Below are positions 11,863 to 24,118 of a stretch of 64,000 bases of DNA, piece after piece (the first letter of the stretch is position 1; each line of letters opens with the position of its first letter). The translations under genes were made by a program, and so were the position numbers. Source of the DNA: Vicugna vicugna (lineage: Eukaryota); assembly GCA_013265495.1 (NCBI GenBank), contig MU061579.1, positions 4,116,327 to 4,180,326 of the forward strand, given 5' to 3'. The notes beneath the pieces were generated by a model, which had not been told where the DNA came from, ran no database searches, and was given only the letters and a program-made list of their open reading frames with translations.

Positions 11863-12411
11863 TGACAAGACATGGAAACAGCCTACATGTCCATCAACAG
11901 ATGACTGAATAAAGAAGTAGTATATTTATACAATGGAATACTATTCAGCCGTAAAAACTAACAACATAATGCCATTTTCAGCAACATGGATGCTCCTGGA
12001 GAATGTCATACTAAGTGAAGTAAGCCAGAAAGAGAAAGAAAAATACCATATGAGATCGCTCATGTGAGGAATCTAAAAAAAAAAAAAAAAGAAGAAGAAC
12101 ATAAATACAAAACAGAAGCAGACATATAGACATAGAACAAAAACTCGTGGTTGCTAAGGGGGTGGGGAGTGGGAAGGGACAGACTGGAATTTCAAAATTT
12201 GCAGGTACTGACAGACATATGCAGAACAGATAAATAAGATTATACTGTATAGCACAGGGAAATATATACAAGATCTTGTGGTAGCTCACAGCGAAAAAGA
12301 AATGACAATGAATATATGTATGTTCATGTATAATTGAAAAGTTGTGCTCTACACTGGAATTTGACACAACATTGTAAAATGACTATAACTCAATAACAAA
12401 TGTTAAAAAAG
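11863..12411 (+). mobile_element. Young LINE-1 3' fragment with TSD
   Basis: Same 3' UTR family as 10121-11420 (CTCTACACTGGAATTTGACACAACATTGTAAA). It is flanked by AGAATTCATTTTCAA (11848-11862) and AGAATTAATTTTCAA (12412-12426), a 15-bp TSD with 1 mismatch. Confidence 0.95.
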
Positions 12412-12992
12412 AGAATTAATTTTCAAACTGCACAGTTCAGTTTTGAATAAAAGTTTATTCTGTATGGAATCAAGGTGTTTTTGTACAAGTGGGCAGTGGG
12501 GCATATTTTTAAATCTCCTTCGGCCACATATATGTTGGTTGATTCACCAGCTGTGCCAGTCCCTTTGAAATACAAAGTTGTCTGCCTTTTTTTTGTTTAA
12601 AGATTAGGGCAATCTCATTCTGTAATGCTTGAGAGCTACATTGAAACTGGCATTAATTCCATTATTATGAGCTATTTTTCCAAATCAAGTTCAGTTATTT
12701 TTCTCATGTAGGAATAATGGACAGTATGATCTAAGAATAAAACTGTGTAAATTAAAACATTGCAAGAATTAAGTCTGTTTTACCATAAAATAGAAATAAC
12801 CGTTGCTTGTTCTTTAAGAGCCTTCTCTAATCTTCCAGACAATAAATAAAATGTCCACAGCAATCTGGGTGAGGTATGTGTGTGTATGCATGTGTGCTTT
12901 TGTGTAACTCACACAATGTGGGGCTTTATTTTCTGAGATACATCGCTCTATATTTACCTCAGTCTAAGAAAAGCTCATTTTTCCCTAGTGCA

Positions 12993-13320
12993 TGCATTCA
13001 TTTATTTATTCAAATAGCATATAAATTGAAATAAACTAAGTAAAAAGGAGAGGACATGATGCTAATATCTCAAATTTTAGCCAGGAAAAAAATTGGCAAA
13101 AAGTTAAGTGATTTTATAATGCAGTGTAATGCTTCATGCAATACTGTTGTGCCACGGCCTTCTTGACAGAAAGAAATAAAGGACTTTGACTGTGTGAATC
13201 TGGGAAGATATCATAGAAAATTTAGTAGTCAAAATAGGCTGTAAAAGATAAGGAGGATTTCACCTGTAAGAGTTACGAGGAAAGAACTTGTTGGGAAAAT
13301 AATTCTAGTGAATAAAGAAC
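12993..13320 (-). mobile_element. LINE-2 3' end
   Basis: Starts CATTCATTTATTTATTCAAA (the L2 terminal repeat in antisense), followed by ATAATGCAGTGTAAT...GGAAGATATCATAGAAAA...TGTAAAAGATAAGGAGGATTTCACC. Confidence 0.5.
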
Positions 13321-13339
13321 CTATATTTTCCATTAGAAA

Positions 13340-13640
13340 ATAATCTTTCTCCATTTTGTATTTTGTCTAACAATTCATAAAAACGTGTTAAGGCCTGAGG
13401 ACTAGCAAGGGTGGAAACATGACCCAGGCTAGGCCAATCTGAATCTATTTCCCTGCAACTTGAATGCTAATCATAACAACTCAAGGTAAAAAGGATAGAA
13501 GGTGATTCATCCTGAAAATAATTCTAAGATAAGACCTTACATCAGCTTGTGCTAATTAGATTGCCAGAAAGCCTCTGGTTTCTATTGTTTGCAAAGCCAG
13601 ATTCTGTTTTAACTACAATTTAGTGACATACCTAGTATTT
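13340..13640 (+). mobile_element. Old MaLR LTR fragment (MLT1-like)
   Basis: GGGTGGAAACATGACCCAGGCTAGGCCAATCTGAATC is a characteristic old-MLT1 motif. Confidence 0.45.
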
Positions 13641-13689
13641 TTCCTTCTCACTTATATATGAAAAAGAAATGAACGGAAATACTTAAAAA

Positions 13690-14680
13690 GTAAAGAGAAA
13701 CTTTGAAGAATTACTTCAAAAATATAAATCAGCAGGCTAGATAGAGCTGAGGAATAATCAGTGAATTTGAAGATAGCTAAATAAAAATTATTGAAACTGA
13801 AAAAGAAAAAAAGATTGAAAATATATATGATAGAAATAAATATCAAGTGATATAACATATGAAATTGAAAGTCTCTGAGAAAACAGATAAAACAGGATAG
13901 AAGAAATATTTAGAGAGATAAAGGCTTGTGATTTTCAAAAATTAATGAAATTCAGTAGCCCACATAACCAAGAAGCTCAGCAAACTCAAATGAGATTAAA
14001 AAAAAACATAAACAGAAAACAACAAATCAAAAAATAAAACATGTAGATATATCATATTCATTCAGTTGAAAAGGGAATCTCTTTAAGACATCCATAGGGG
14101 ACAGGGAATTGTATTCTAAAGAAAAAAAATTATAAGTACAAGATGAAAGATAAGGGAACCAGATGTTTCTATTCTGAAAGAAAAAAATACTTAACCCCAG
14201 AATTCTATACCTGGTGAAAATAGTTTGTTTTTTTTTTTTCCAAAATGAAAGTAAAATAAAGACTTTACTTTGAGAATCAAACCTGACAGAATCTACTGCC
14301 AGTAGATATGCAACATAAGAAAAGTTGAAGTTCTTCAGAAAAAACACTGTGATACCAAATGAAAATTTACATCTACATAAATAAAGAATATAAGGCTAAA
14401 TATAAAAGTCATTTTTTTCTGTTATTTAAAGCAAAAAGTCTAACAATGTGTTAAGTCTATTATGTGTTACAAAAGTAAAACATTGGTAACATAAAGAATG
14501 GATGGGACAACATGAAAATATATATTATAAAGTTCCCACTATATGTTAACTGGCTATATGAAGGTGGACTGTGATAAATAAAAATATCAAAGAACAAATG
14601 AAATAAAAAAGCAACAAATACGTGAGCAACAAATAAGAGGAATTTAAAATTAAAAACAAAACTATTTACATTGCTGCTTA
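13690..14680 (+). mobile_element. Ancient L1M ORF1 / inter-ORF fragment
   Basis: A-rich degenerate ORF1: AGCAGGCTAGATAGAGCTGAGGAATAATCAGTGAATTTGAAGATAG...CAAGAAGCTCAGCAAAC...CCCAGAATTCTATACCTGGTGAAAATA. Confidence 0.75.
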
Positions 14681-14684
14681 AAAA

Positions 14685-15100
14685 GTTACTCTGGTGTAAA
14701 TCAAACAAAACATGTATAAGATATATATGAGGAAAAGTATAAAACTCTGATGAAAGAAATCAAAGAGGTAAATAAATGAGATATTCCATGGTCATGGATA
14801 GACAGACTCAATATTGTCAAAATGGCATTTCTTCCCAAATCCATCTATAATTTGAATACAGTCCCATTCACAGTCCCTGAAAATTATGTTCTCGATATCC
14901 ACAAACTGATTCTCAGTCTATATGGAAAGGCAAAAGGCCCAGAATAGCCAACGTGGTATTGAGGGAGAAGAGCAAAGTGGGAGGACTGACCTACCCACCG
15001 TTATGAAAGCTGCAGTCTGAAGTTACAATCAGCAAGACAGTGTAGATTGGTGGAATAACAGACAAATATAATAACATGCCAGGAAGGCCAGAAAAAGACC
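14685..15100 (+). mobile_element. Ancient L1 ORF2 fragment (post-RT region)
   Basis: TATAAAACTCTGATGAAAGAAATCAAAGAG...ATTCCATGGTCATGGATAG...CTCAATATTGTCAAAATG...GGCCCAGAATAGCCAA matches the L1 ORF2 motifs YKTLMKEIKE / IPxSWI / NIVKM. Confidence 0.85.
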
Positions 15101-15390
15101 ATTTTTTCCTTTTCATCCACCTCCATCTGGTTTGAGATTTTAGCAGTTCTACTGATTTGAGTTTTCCATTATCTCCAAAGTGAACATTAGCTTTTTTAAA
15201 GAAAATAAAAAAATACAAAGAAATAAAATATTATGTACGTGATTGTGGAAAGCAGTTATTGTTTGATGTGGGATGTGAGGGCAAAAGTGTCTAGAAGTAA
15301 GGATGGTTAGAAGACAGATGCTTGTGATTCCCTACTAAGGGGTGAACTTACTGAGTCATTTTCTCAGCAAAGGGCTATATGGGCAACTGG

Positions 15391-15425
15391 CAAAAACAAA
15401 AACAAAAACAAAAACAAAAACAAAA
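15391..15425 (+). repeat. (CAAAAA)n microsatellite
   Basis: About six tandem CAAAAA units, read directly. Confidence 0.95.
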
Positions 15426-15863
15426 CTGATCTATAACTGCCTGTTTTCAGGGGATGAAACAGTCTTTGGCAGGACTTGGTGACCAGTATAGGTCTAAAAA
15501 AATAAAATTCAAGAGTATAGAAATTTAAAGTCCCTGGATGTTCAGACAACCCAAGGAGTCACTGAGGAGAAAGTAAAAATGCTGAAATGTTTCATGAAAA
15601 TTTTTCTCATGGCAGTTGGAGCACAGACTCAGATTTAGTTTGTTTTTGGAAAAAATGTGGTGATGTGATACAAATATAATGATAAGCATTTACTTGTCAT
15701 TACAGAAAGTAGGACACAGTAGCTTTATGTTTTCAAATGGATCCCCTTCACTAAAAAAGGAGAGAAAGAATTGCAGCATGTTTTAAAATCTGAAGTTCCT
15801 CTCATTCTCCATCTCTCTTCTACCACTTAAAGAACTGTTCTGAATAATTTCAATCATCCTGAT

Positions 15864-15878
15864 ACACACACACACACA

Positions 15879-15909
<31 letters not shown>
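15864..15909 (+). repeat. (CA)n microsatellite
   Basis: About 23 units with one GA interruption. Confidence 0.97.
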
Positions 15910-15911
<2 letters not shown>

Positions 15912-17959
15912 CATTAACAGTGATGCTAAGAAACAAATGGTCAAATTAGATATATTCAAATGCTTGTGTAAAGAGATGGGATGGAGACATTTCCATTTAT
16001 GCTGTTAAAAATATAACACATGGACTAATAAGGTGTTTTCATTTTTCCCTGATACTGTAAAGGTATAATTATACTGTTTAATTTGTGTCATCACAGCACA
16101 TAATTTTTAATTCCTGGCAGATGAGCTGTTTGCAATTACATTTCTATTCTGACAAAATTTATATGATCTAGATGTATTTATAGGTTAGGATAATAGAAAT
16201 AAAAGATAAATTCTTGGTTATAGTGTTAATATCAGATGTTTTCCTTGAATACAATGGTATGGCAAGCATTCTGGCATATCTATAAGGAACAAAAGTCAAT
16301 AAATTAAGGTTATAATCTTCATTAAGAATTTCTCATCTTAATAGTTCTTTCAAACTTGTGGTTAGTCAGATATATTATCAGATGCTGCTAATCCATGAAA
16401 TTTACCCTAAGGTAAAATAATGCTGACTTGCTCTTGCTGTTTCACCAATCTTAATTGACCTTTCTAGTTATTTCAATATTACTGCTTTTTGAATACTGTT
16501 ATGAAAATGAGCCAAAAAATGGCCTCTGTGTATTGGCCTGCAGATTATTTATTTCTTTATTGAAGACTGAGATCTATTATTGAAAAAACCTGCTGCTGCC
16601 AAACTCAAATTTGTACATAACAAGGAAGAGGTTTCTCAAAACATTGTCAGTTTTTATCTTTATCATACTATTATTGCATTATGGGCTTTTTTTTACATTT
16701 TATTGTACTATATTGTAATTTATTTCTTCATACTTATTTTCTGTACTAGACATAGACTATGGAAGAACGATATCTTACCCATTTGTTTTTCTAGTACCTT
16801 GTATAATGAATATGTGAACATGAAATGTCATATTTACTGATATGTATGTATATATAAATATGTATATATCATAGATATGTGTGTATGTTCTGTTTACTAA
16901 GAATAAGAGCTAAAATGTTAAAGTTTTGTTTACGTAGTATTAGTCCTAATATGTATAGGCTTGTCATTGAAATACTGACATATCACATTCATGTAAGCTT
17001 CTTATCTTTTCTAGTATAAATCTCCTTCATTATGATCTTTAAAAACTAGGTTTTGGTTAAGTATAGTGTGGAAGCTAAATCTGGGAAGAAAAAAAAGCCA
17101 GATGACATATTTCATACATAATTGAAAAGATTAAGATAACAATGAATTGTTTTTAATGCTACTTTAAATTTTTTTACATTGTGCTAATAGCTCATTTATG
17201 TCAAAATAACAGATTATATACAGTCTAAGTTAATTAATGGTTTCAGTGTGTCTTCTACACTAAATAAATGGTATGGGACTTCTGAAAAAATTCTGTAGCA
17301 TGTAAAATGGGATAATGTTGTGCATAAGATGAAGTAGCTACACCTCTCTTCTTCTAGTGCATTGTTCACTATATGCCACACAGTTGGCTTCAGATCAATT
17401 TTGACTTACATATGAAGAGTAACATCATATGTATCATTACAATAATACTGATTGACACCTAGATATCAAAAATTGGCTAGAATTTGGCTGCCTAAATAGA
17501 TATCAAGCTTAAAAGCTGAGAATTGACTAAAAATTGCATCCATGCAGACTGTGGAAAATATTATAAGCATCTCATTTACTAGGGAACACTGTTGAATTGT
17601 ACTGAACTCATTCATTTAAGTCTTATGTAGAAAGAGATGTAAGCATAAATCTTGTGTATCTTAAAAATTTTTGTTTTCACTGTACTGACCTTGCTCCAGT
17701 AGCCATTTCAGCAAACCCAGGAACCTTAGCACTGACGTCTTTGAGCTGGTGCATCTGCTCAGAATTCCAACTTCCAAATTTCTTATTATATGATAGAAAA
17801 ATAAAATACCCTCCATATATATTTAGGTTATATCCTAAAAATACATTCTTGGGCTTATAACGTGTAAGAATAAAATTCCTAACTGAGATGATGTATATAT
17901 GAGTGTGTGAGTTATATGTGATCTGTTACATGTATATGTGTAGACATGTCTATAGATGA

Positions 17960-18170
17960 TGACAGGAGTATGAAGAATGCCAAAGAATGTATTTTAAGTC
18001 AGTGACGCAGATTATGTTAGGATGGTGGAGGGATGATATCCATTGGAAGAAACTTCCCAGGAGAAGTGACATATTACGCACATCTTTAAGAAGGTTATAG
18101 CCAAGTAGTAGTAGAAAAGAAGGGTAAGTGTATATTATTAGGCACATTGAGCAGATGACAAAGATGTCAG
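17960..18170 (-). mobile_element. LINE-2 fragment
   Basis: GAAGAAACTTCCCAGGAGAAGTGACAT...TAGCCAAGT...AGGCACATTGAGCAGATGACAAAGA resembles antisense L2. Confidence 0.45.
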
Positions 18171-18532
18171 ATTAATTTTCTAGTGGTCAAAAGAAATGGA
18201 AACCCAATAGAACAGGACATCAGGTTGCTATACTGTATACTGTATATACATGTATACTGAAACAGAACAGAAAAAGTATATAAATATAAAATTTACTTGT
18301 TTCATAAGTTTCCTTCAAATATTGCCATGGTGTTCAATGTTTCCGAATAAAACCCAATGGAGAATTTCACATTCCTGTGGTTTTCAAGACTATTTCCCAC
18401 CTCTTCACCCCTAGGGTAAATCCCTGAAAATTTCTAGTATTCATCTAAGTGATAAGCTCTTCAGAATTTATACTAAATCCAAATGGGACAATACTTTGTT
18501 AAGGAAAATGTTATTCTAACTAAAAAGGAAGA

Positions 18533-18622
18533 GACAAGGAAAAAAAAAAGGAAGGAAGGAAGGTAGAAAAAAATGAAGGAAGGGAAGGAAGGTAGAAATA
18601 AAGAAAGGCAGGAAGGAAGGAT
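18533..18622 (+). repeat. GA-rich (GGAA)n-like simple repeat
   Basis: Imperfect GGAAGGAAGG runs, read directly. Confidence 0.85.
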
Positions 18623-19350
18623 GTGAGGTTATAATTTGGCTGAAAACACTTAAACATAATGTAGTTACAATGGTTTGGAATACTGATACTTTGAAGCTTG
18701 AATGTTCAATTTTACCTTAATAAATTCAGCTACTTCACAACCCCCATTCCAGTGCAGTCCTACCAATTTAAAATGATAAAGGCCCAGAATACTATTAAAT
18801 GCACTGACTTTCATCTTTACTTACAGTTCTATGAATAGCCTCTAAAACTGACAAGTAAATAGGGATAAAGTTGCCTCCTACAAGAAAGTGCACAGGGAAA
18901 ATGGAAAAGCCAATAGAAAACTGAAAACGTCTTTGATAACATCTCAGTCACTCTGCAGGGTTACTTAGCCTCAGAACATTTGCTAATTCATATAAATTAT
19001 CTTTGAAATATTTCAACCATTGAAATAAAATGAAAATAGCTACTAGCTTTATTTACATGGCATGACTTGGGTTTCTTTTAGCATGCAGAGTAACAACAAA
19101 AAACTATCTGATAGCAGAAACTCTTACTAGAATCTCAGTCTTTGCATTCAACTCTGAGTAGATTTGCATCTTTGTATATGAAGTTATTTATGGGCAAAAT
19201 TTCAAATAAGGGAGATGCAAATTCTATGAATTCTATTAGATCACTAAGTTTAATGCTAGTAATGCATATAGAAGCTTTAGGTGAATTGAGTTTGAGAAAT
19301 AATGCAGAGTCTACACATTGTACTGCATGAACATTTTCTACCTTCGTTTT

Positions 19351-19499
19351 AAAAAAAATTATTTACTTATTTTATTTTTTGGAGTGGGAGGTAATTATGT
19401 TTATTTATTTATGTAATTTTACTGGAGGTACCAGGGATAGGACCCTGGACCTAGTGCATGCTAAGCATACATTTTACCATTGAGCTATACCCTTCCCCC
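19351..19499 (-). mobile_element. tRNA-Ala(AGC)-derived camelid SINE (vic-1 type)
   Basis: The minus strand reads GGGGAAGGGTATAGCTCAATGGTAAAATGTATGCTTAGCATGCACTAGGTCCAGGGTCCTATCCCTGGTACCTCCA, then an AT-rich body and an A tail. TSD is TTCTACCTTCGTTTT (19336-19350) / TTCAACCTTCATTTT (19501-19515). Confidence 0.9.
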
Positions 19500-20087
19500 A
19501 TTCAACCTTCATTTTTGAAGAGGAAAACACAAAGTTCTGTTTGGAAAGGAGATAATTATGCAGTGTACCTCACACTGTTTATACTACTTATGTGTGCATC
19601 ACCTTTGTTCTTTGGTGGGTTGCTGCTGTTTTGATGAGTATTGCATAATTTTCTAACTGTCATGTTAAACCCTAAAAAATACTTTTATAACCAATAGGCT
19701 TCCTTGCTTATCATAACTACCCAACGAGGTGAGCAGTTTGGACTGTTTTCAATGACTAGTGCCTTTAGCACACTGTGAACTTCTATACACCATTTTTTGT
19801 CCCCTCCACACATAAGAGTTCCTGAAGAGTTTATTAGATATTAGATAGTGGAGTCTTTGGGTGGTGCACATTCTTCTGGTATCTCTCAGACAGCATTTTA
19901 CATTATTTTGCATCTGGAAACTAATTTCAATGTTGATAGTAAGAAAAGAATGATTAAATTCTTACGAATTTAATCGTTGGTTATCTTGATCTAAAATGAT
20001 ATTTGGTGAACTCATAGATAATAATAGTTCAGCTCTACAAGGTACCTATGTAATATATCTCATTTGCATGCAGGGAGCTAATGTTCT

Positions 20088-20300
20088 ACAGTAGAAAGAA
20101 CAGTGAGCTGTGACTCAGGAGGCCCTATTGCTAATGAAAAACTTTTATTTAAACTGGTAGAGCCTTTCTGTATCTGTAAATGGGAATTGTAATGCTGCCT
20201 ATAATTCATAGGTTTACTATAAAGAATATTTTGAATAATATATGCAATGATTTTGGAAATTTTGAAGGGGCTTTATAAATTCCAGCAATCACCTTTATTA
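20088..20300 (+). mobile_element. MIR SINE (degraded)
   Basis: AGTAGAAAGAACAGTGAGCTGTGACTCAGGAG...TTTCTGTATCTGTAAATGGGAATTGTAATGCTGCC. Confidence 0.55.
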
Positions 20301-20939
20301 ATGTTTTCATTACAATTCATACTCATTAAATTGCTGGACAGTGGCTTGAAGCCATTCTTTCCCTCTGATAGCTTTCCATGTGTATTTTAATAATATTAAT
20401 CTTAAGCATTAGTAGTCAATTGATTAATGTGTTGTATGCTAAATACTGAGATTCAGGGATGTCTAAAACAGCACAGTAAGGTTGATGGAAATGTTTTTTG
20501 ACTGTAGGCTTTTCTTATTGCTTATGTTATCAGAAGTCAAACTATCTGCATGGACTAAAATGTGATTTCCCATCATTTTTATGAATCCAAGATAAGAATC
20601 ACATGCAAACATATGCATAAATTGTTAATAACTTAAGGCAATAAAATTGAGTTACTTCTCTCTTGAAGGGAGAAAAAAAATGAGTTACTAATTCAAGCCA
20701 TGTATTTATTGATCACATGGTATGTAATGCATTCTGCTGTATACCTGCAAGCTTTTAAGCCCTCTGAAGACCACTATACTAATTTGTTTATATGAAAGTA
20801 CCTCGGTTTCGAATTTGTTCTTATTACCTTTTATCTTCTAATAATGTCATAGCATTGCTTTATTTCAATATTTGCATTTACAATTTTTTTCTAATCTCTG
20901 GACAAGAACTTTGAAAGGGTAAAAGATTTTGACTATTTC

Positions 20940-21336
20940 TAGCTAACAAGTTAGCCACAGGTGCTGGTAGAAGATTCAGAATTTCTTAGTTGGGAAGATG
21001 AGAGTTATATTGCACACAGCACCACAAGTTGCACGATATCATGGTTGCCTCGGATCCCCTTGCTCTCCACGTCTCATGAACGTAAAAAACGGTGCCTAGT
21101 TGATACTGCACATGCAGTGGTTTTGCTTTACAATTGGTTAACTCCAAGTTCAGGGAATCAGAATATTTCATAATCGACTACTTTTTACCCTTTTGCCCAA
21201 AAGGACACACTCTTTCTTTCTTCCAAGGCTGTTTGCTAATACATGTGTCTTTGAAAAACTAGAACAAAGGGCATCCAGTGTATTGACTCACAAGATATGA
21301 AAACACATGAGAGAGCTTGAAGGTTGTCTCCCAAGA
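20940..21336 (-). mobile_element. ERVL-class solo LTR (LTR53/MER74/MER88-like group)
   Basis: ACAAGTTAGCCACAGGTGCTGG...CTGCACATGCAGTGG...CTTCCAAGGCTGTTTGCT...GAACAAAGGGC...TTGTCTCCCAA is colinear with a recalled ERVL LTR consensus; exact subfamily uncertain. Confidence 0.65.
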
Positions 21337-21399
21337 TATTATAATCTGAATTATGAAACAATAAGCATGATACTTTCTGACTTTGAGCTGTTTCTGTTT

Positions 21400-21680
21400 G
21401 GATGTGCTAATACATGTGCTGCGATAATAAGCAATGTTAGAATCATCGTTTAAATTCTTGTGTCCAAAATGGGTTTGCAGGGGCTTCCATCTTGATACAC
21501 GCTTCAGTATCACCTACAAGAGAAGAGTGGACATAAGTCACTTACTGGCTCTTAATGCTTCTTCTTGGAAGTGACATACTTTACTATTTATTTGCCACAG
21601 CAAGTCATACAGTCAAACTGAATTTCCTAGGAGGTACAGTCTTACCATGTGTCTGAAAGATGACCAGCACTAATGACAAG
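21400..21680 (-). mobile_element. Old MaLR LTR fragment (MLT1J-like)
   Basis: CTGGCTCTTAATGCTTCTTCTTGGAAGTGACA...GCAAGTCATA...CTTACCATGTG...CAGCACTAATGAC. Confidence 0.6.
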
Positions 21681-22899
21681 TGCATGGAAGGAAGAGATAA
21701 TTCTTGTATTTATAATCAGGTCTGATGATGACGACCAGTAACTTACAATTTTATGCTTTAGAGGATACTGCTGCTTTCATGCATAGTTAATAGAAGAGGA
21801 GAAATAAAAGACAATTCCTGTCTGGGAACAGAGAATCTCTTCTCTGAGAGTGAGAAAATTCTGACTTCCTTACAGTTACTTTTCCTGCCCCTTGTGCCAT
21901 ACATAGGACCAAAAGTGCTTGCCATCATAATGTGTAAATAGTGCAAAGTACCAGTTTCTCAGAATTCATATACAGTAAATATCACTCTATTTTCATTCAG
22001 CTGTGATAATATATTCCCATTTGCCTTCTCTTCACCATTCCACTCACTCTACTACCTAACCTTCTCTCCATCCACCTTGAAGAAGTCTTTGGAAGTAGTA
22101 TTTAAAACTGTAGCACCAGTCTGAGTTACAGACCTTGGCTTAAATCAATTTTCAAGAGCATTAGATAAGCAGAAATCTGCCTTTGTTTTCATGCTACAAT
22201 ATAATGAAATTTTTGAACTACTTTTTTCGTAGAAATATAAACTGATAAAATATCGTAAAAATTAAGCATTGAAAAATACAGGCATCATTATAAATCTGAT
22301 GAAAAGCTGTTCCTCGGGCACAACATTTTATGGAGTTGCAAAGATTTCAAAATTGCTAGATAGCTACAGCAAAGACAGCATAAGTGAGAACTATGTGTGA
22401 CATGATGAAATGTCCTTGAGGTATTAAGTATACAAATGGAGGAAATGCATCTTTGTATGTTAAATTATAGGATTTTTACACATTACAACTGTGTCATTAT
22501 TATTTTGTTTACACTTTAGGAAAATCTGGCTTACATACAAAATAAAATAATTACACAAATTATGCAGTATATTTTGCAGCAAGAAAGTTTTTTTAAAATG
22601 GTTAACTGTTGAAATAATAATAATAAAAATACAATATTAATATATTTTAAACAGGGAAGCAATAGAGGAAAATGAAAACACATGAAGTTCTCACTGAGCA
22701 TATCAAAGGATTATACCCTCCAGAGAAAGTAGGGATAGCAATAAGTGCTTTGAAGTCATTAAAGAATAGCTCAATGTCTGTGAAACTAAAACTAATGCTG
22801 TTACTCTAAAACAAGCATTGGTGATCATATTGTCTATCCAAGACCTCTTCTTACCTGTCCTTTCTTCTCACTCTTTTCTTCTTTGTCTCATACCATTCT

Positions 22900-22972
22900 T
22901 AGTTCCATGCTTCTCTTCCTTCTTCCTTTCCTTCCTTCCTTCCTTCTTTTCTCCCTTCCTTTCTTCATTTTC
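22900..22972 (+). repeat. (TTCC)n-like pyrimidine simple repeat
   Basis: Imperfect CTTC/TTCC run, read directly. Confidence 0.85.
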
Positions 22973-23017
22973 CTATTTGTATGCTTTCATCCTCATCTGC
23001 TACTGCAGGATTTCTAT

Positions 23018-23477
23018 CATATTAGTTTTGCTGTTTGAAGAAACTACCAAAAAATCAGTGTCTTAAATCAAGCAAACAAAAATTACTATCTTATAGTTCT
23101 AGAGTTCAGAACTAAACTGAATTTTATGGGGCTAAAATCAAACCACATTACTTCTAGAGGTTTTAGATGAGGATCTATTTTCCAGCTTCTAGGGACTACC
23201 TATATTCCTTGACTTGTGGCCACCAACCAGCAATTGCATTACTCCGATCTCTGCTTCTAGTCGGCACATCTCCATCTTTAATTCTAATTCTCCTGTCTTT
23301 TTGTTTACTTGTGAGGATTGCTGTAATTTCATTGGACCTGCCAGGGTAATACAGAATAATCTTCTCATCTCAATATCCTTAACTTAATCATATTTGCAGG
23401 GTCCCTTTTGCCATATTCATAGACTCTGGAAATTAAGGCATGAATATTTTTGGTTGGCCATTATTATGCCTACTGTA
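23018..23477 (-). mobile_element. MaLR solo LTR (MLT1C/D-like)
   Basis: GGGCTAAAATCAA...TTCCAGCTTCTAG...ATTCCTTGACTTGTGGCC...AACTTAATCATATTTGCAGGGTCCCTTTTGCCAT...GGCCATTATTATGCCTAC. Confidence 0.8.
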
Positions 23478-23689
23478 TCCAACAAAATGCCTCTGTTAGT
23501 CTGGCTTGTCTAGAAAAATGGAATCAACAGCATGTGGTGTGTGTGGGTGTGTGTGTGTGCAGAAAGTGCTAGTGTAGAAGGGGATGATGTGGTGGTAATC
23601 CTGCATGTAATAGCCTATTAAACTTGCTTTGAATATACATATGGCACATCTTGGGAATATGCAGAAATAATCATTGGGAAAAGGCATTA

Positions 23690-24118
23690 TCATTGTTAAT
23701 TTGATGGGTCAATTTGGCTAAACCACAGTTCCCAGATATTTCGTCAAACATTACTCTAGGTGTTTTTTGTGAAGGTGTTTTTGGATGAGATTAACACTAA
23801 AATTGATGGAATGTAAATAAAGCAGATTAGTTTCCGTAATGTGAGTGGATCTCATTCAATCAGTTGGAGGCCTCATCAGAACAATGACTGGCCTCCCCTG
23901 AGCAAGAAAAATTTCTGTCAACTGACTGCTTTGGGGCTTGAACTGCGACTGTTTCCTGAATGTCCAGCCTGCTGACCTACTCTGCAGATTTTGGGTTCCC
24001 CAAGCCTCCACAATCGCATGAGCCAATTCATTAAAATAAAACTCTGTCTCTGGCCATTCATTAAAATAAAACTCTGTCTCTGTCTCTGTCTCTGTCTCTG
24101 TCTCTCTCTCAGTCTCTC
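23690..24118 (+). mobile_element. ERVL solo LTR (MLT2-like), 3' end lost after the microsatellite
   Basis: GTTAATTTGATGGGTCAATTTGGC...CCCAGATATTT...GGATGAGATTAAC...CAATCAGTTGGAGGCC...GCCTCCACAATCGCATGAGCCAATTC, then AATAAA and (TCTCTG)n. Confidence 0.88.

Noticed and set aside
19423..19499. tRNA-Ala gene
   Set aside because: Stems and B box are mutated, and it continues into a SINE body, A tail and TSD.
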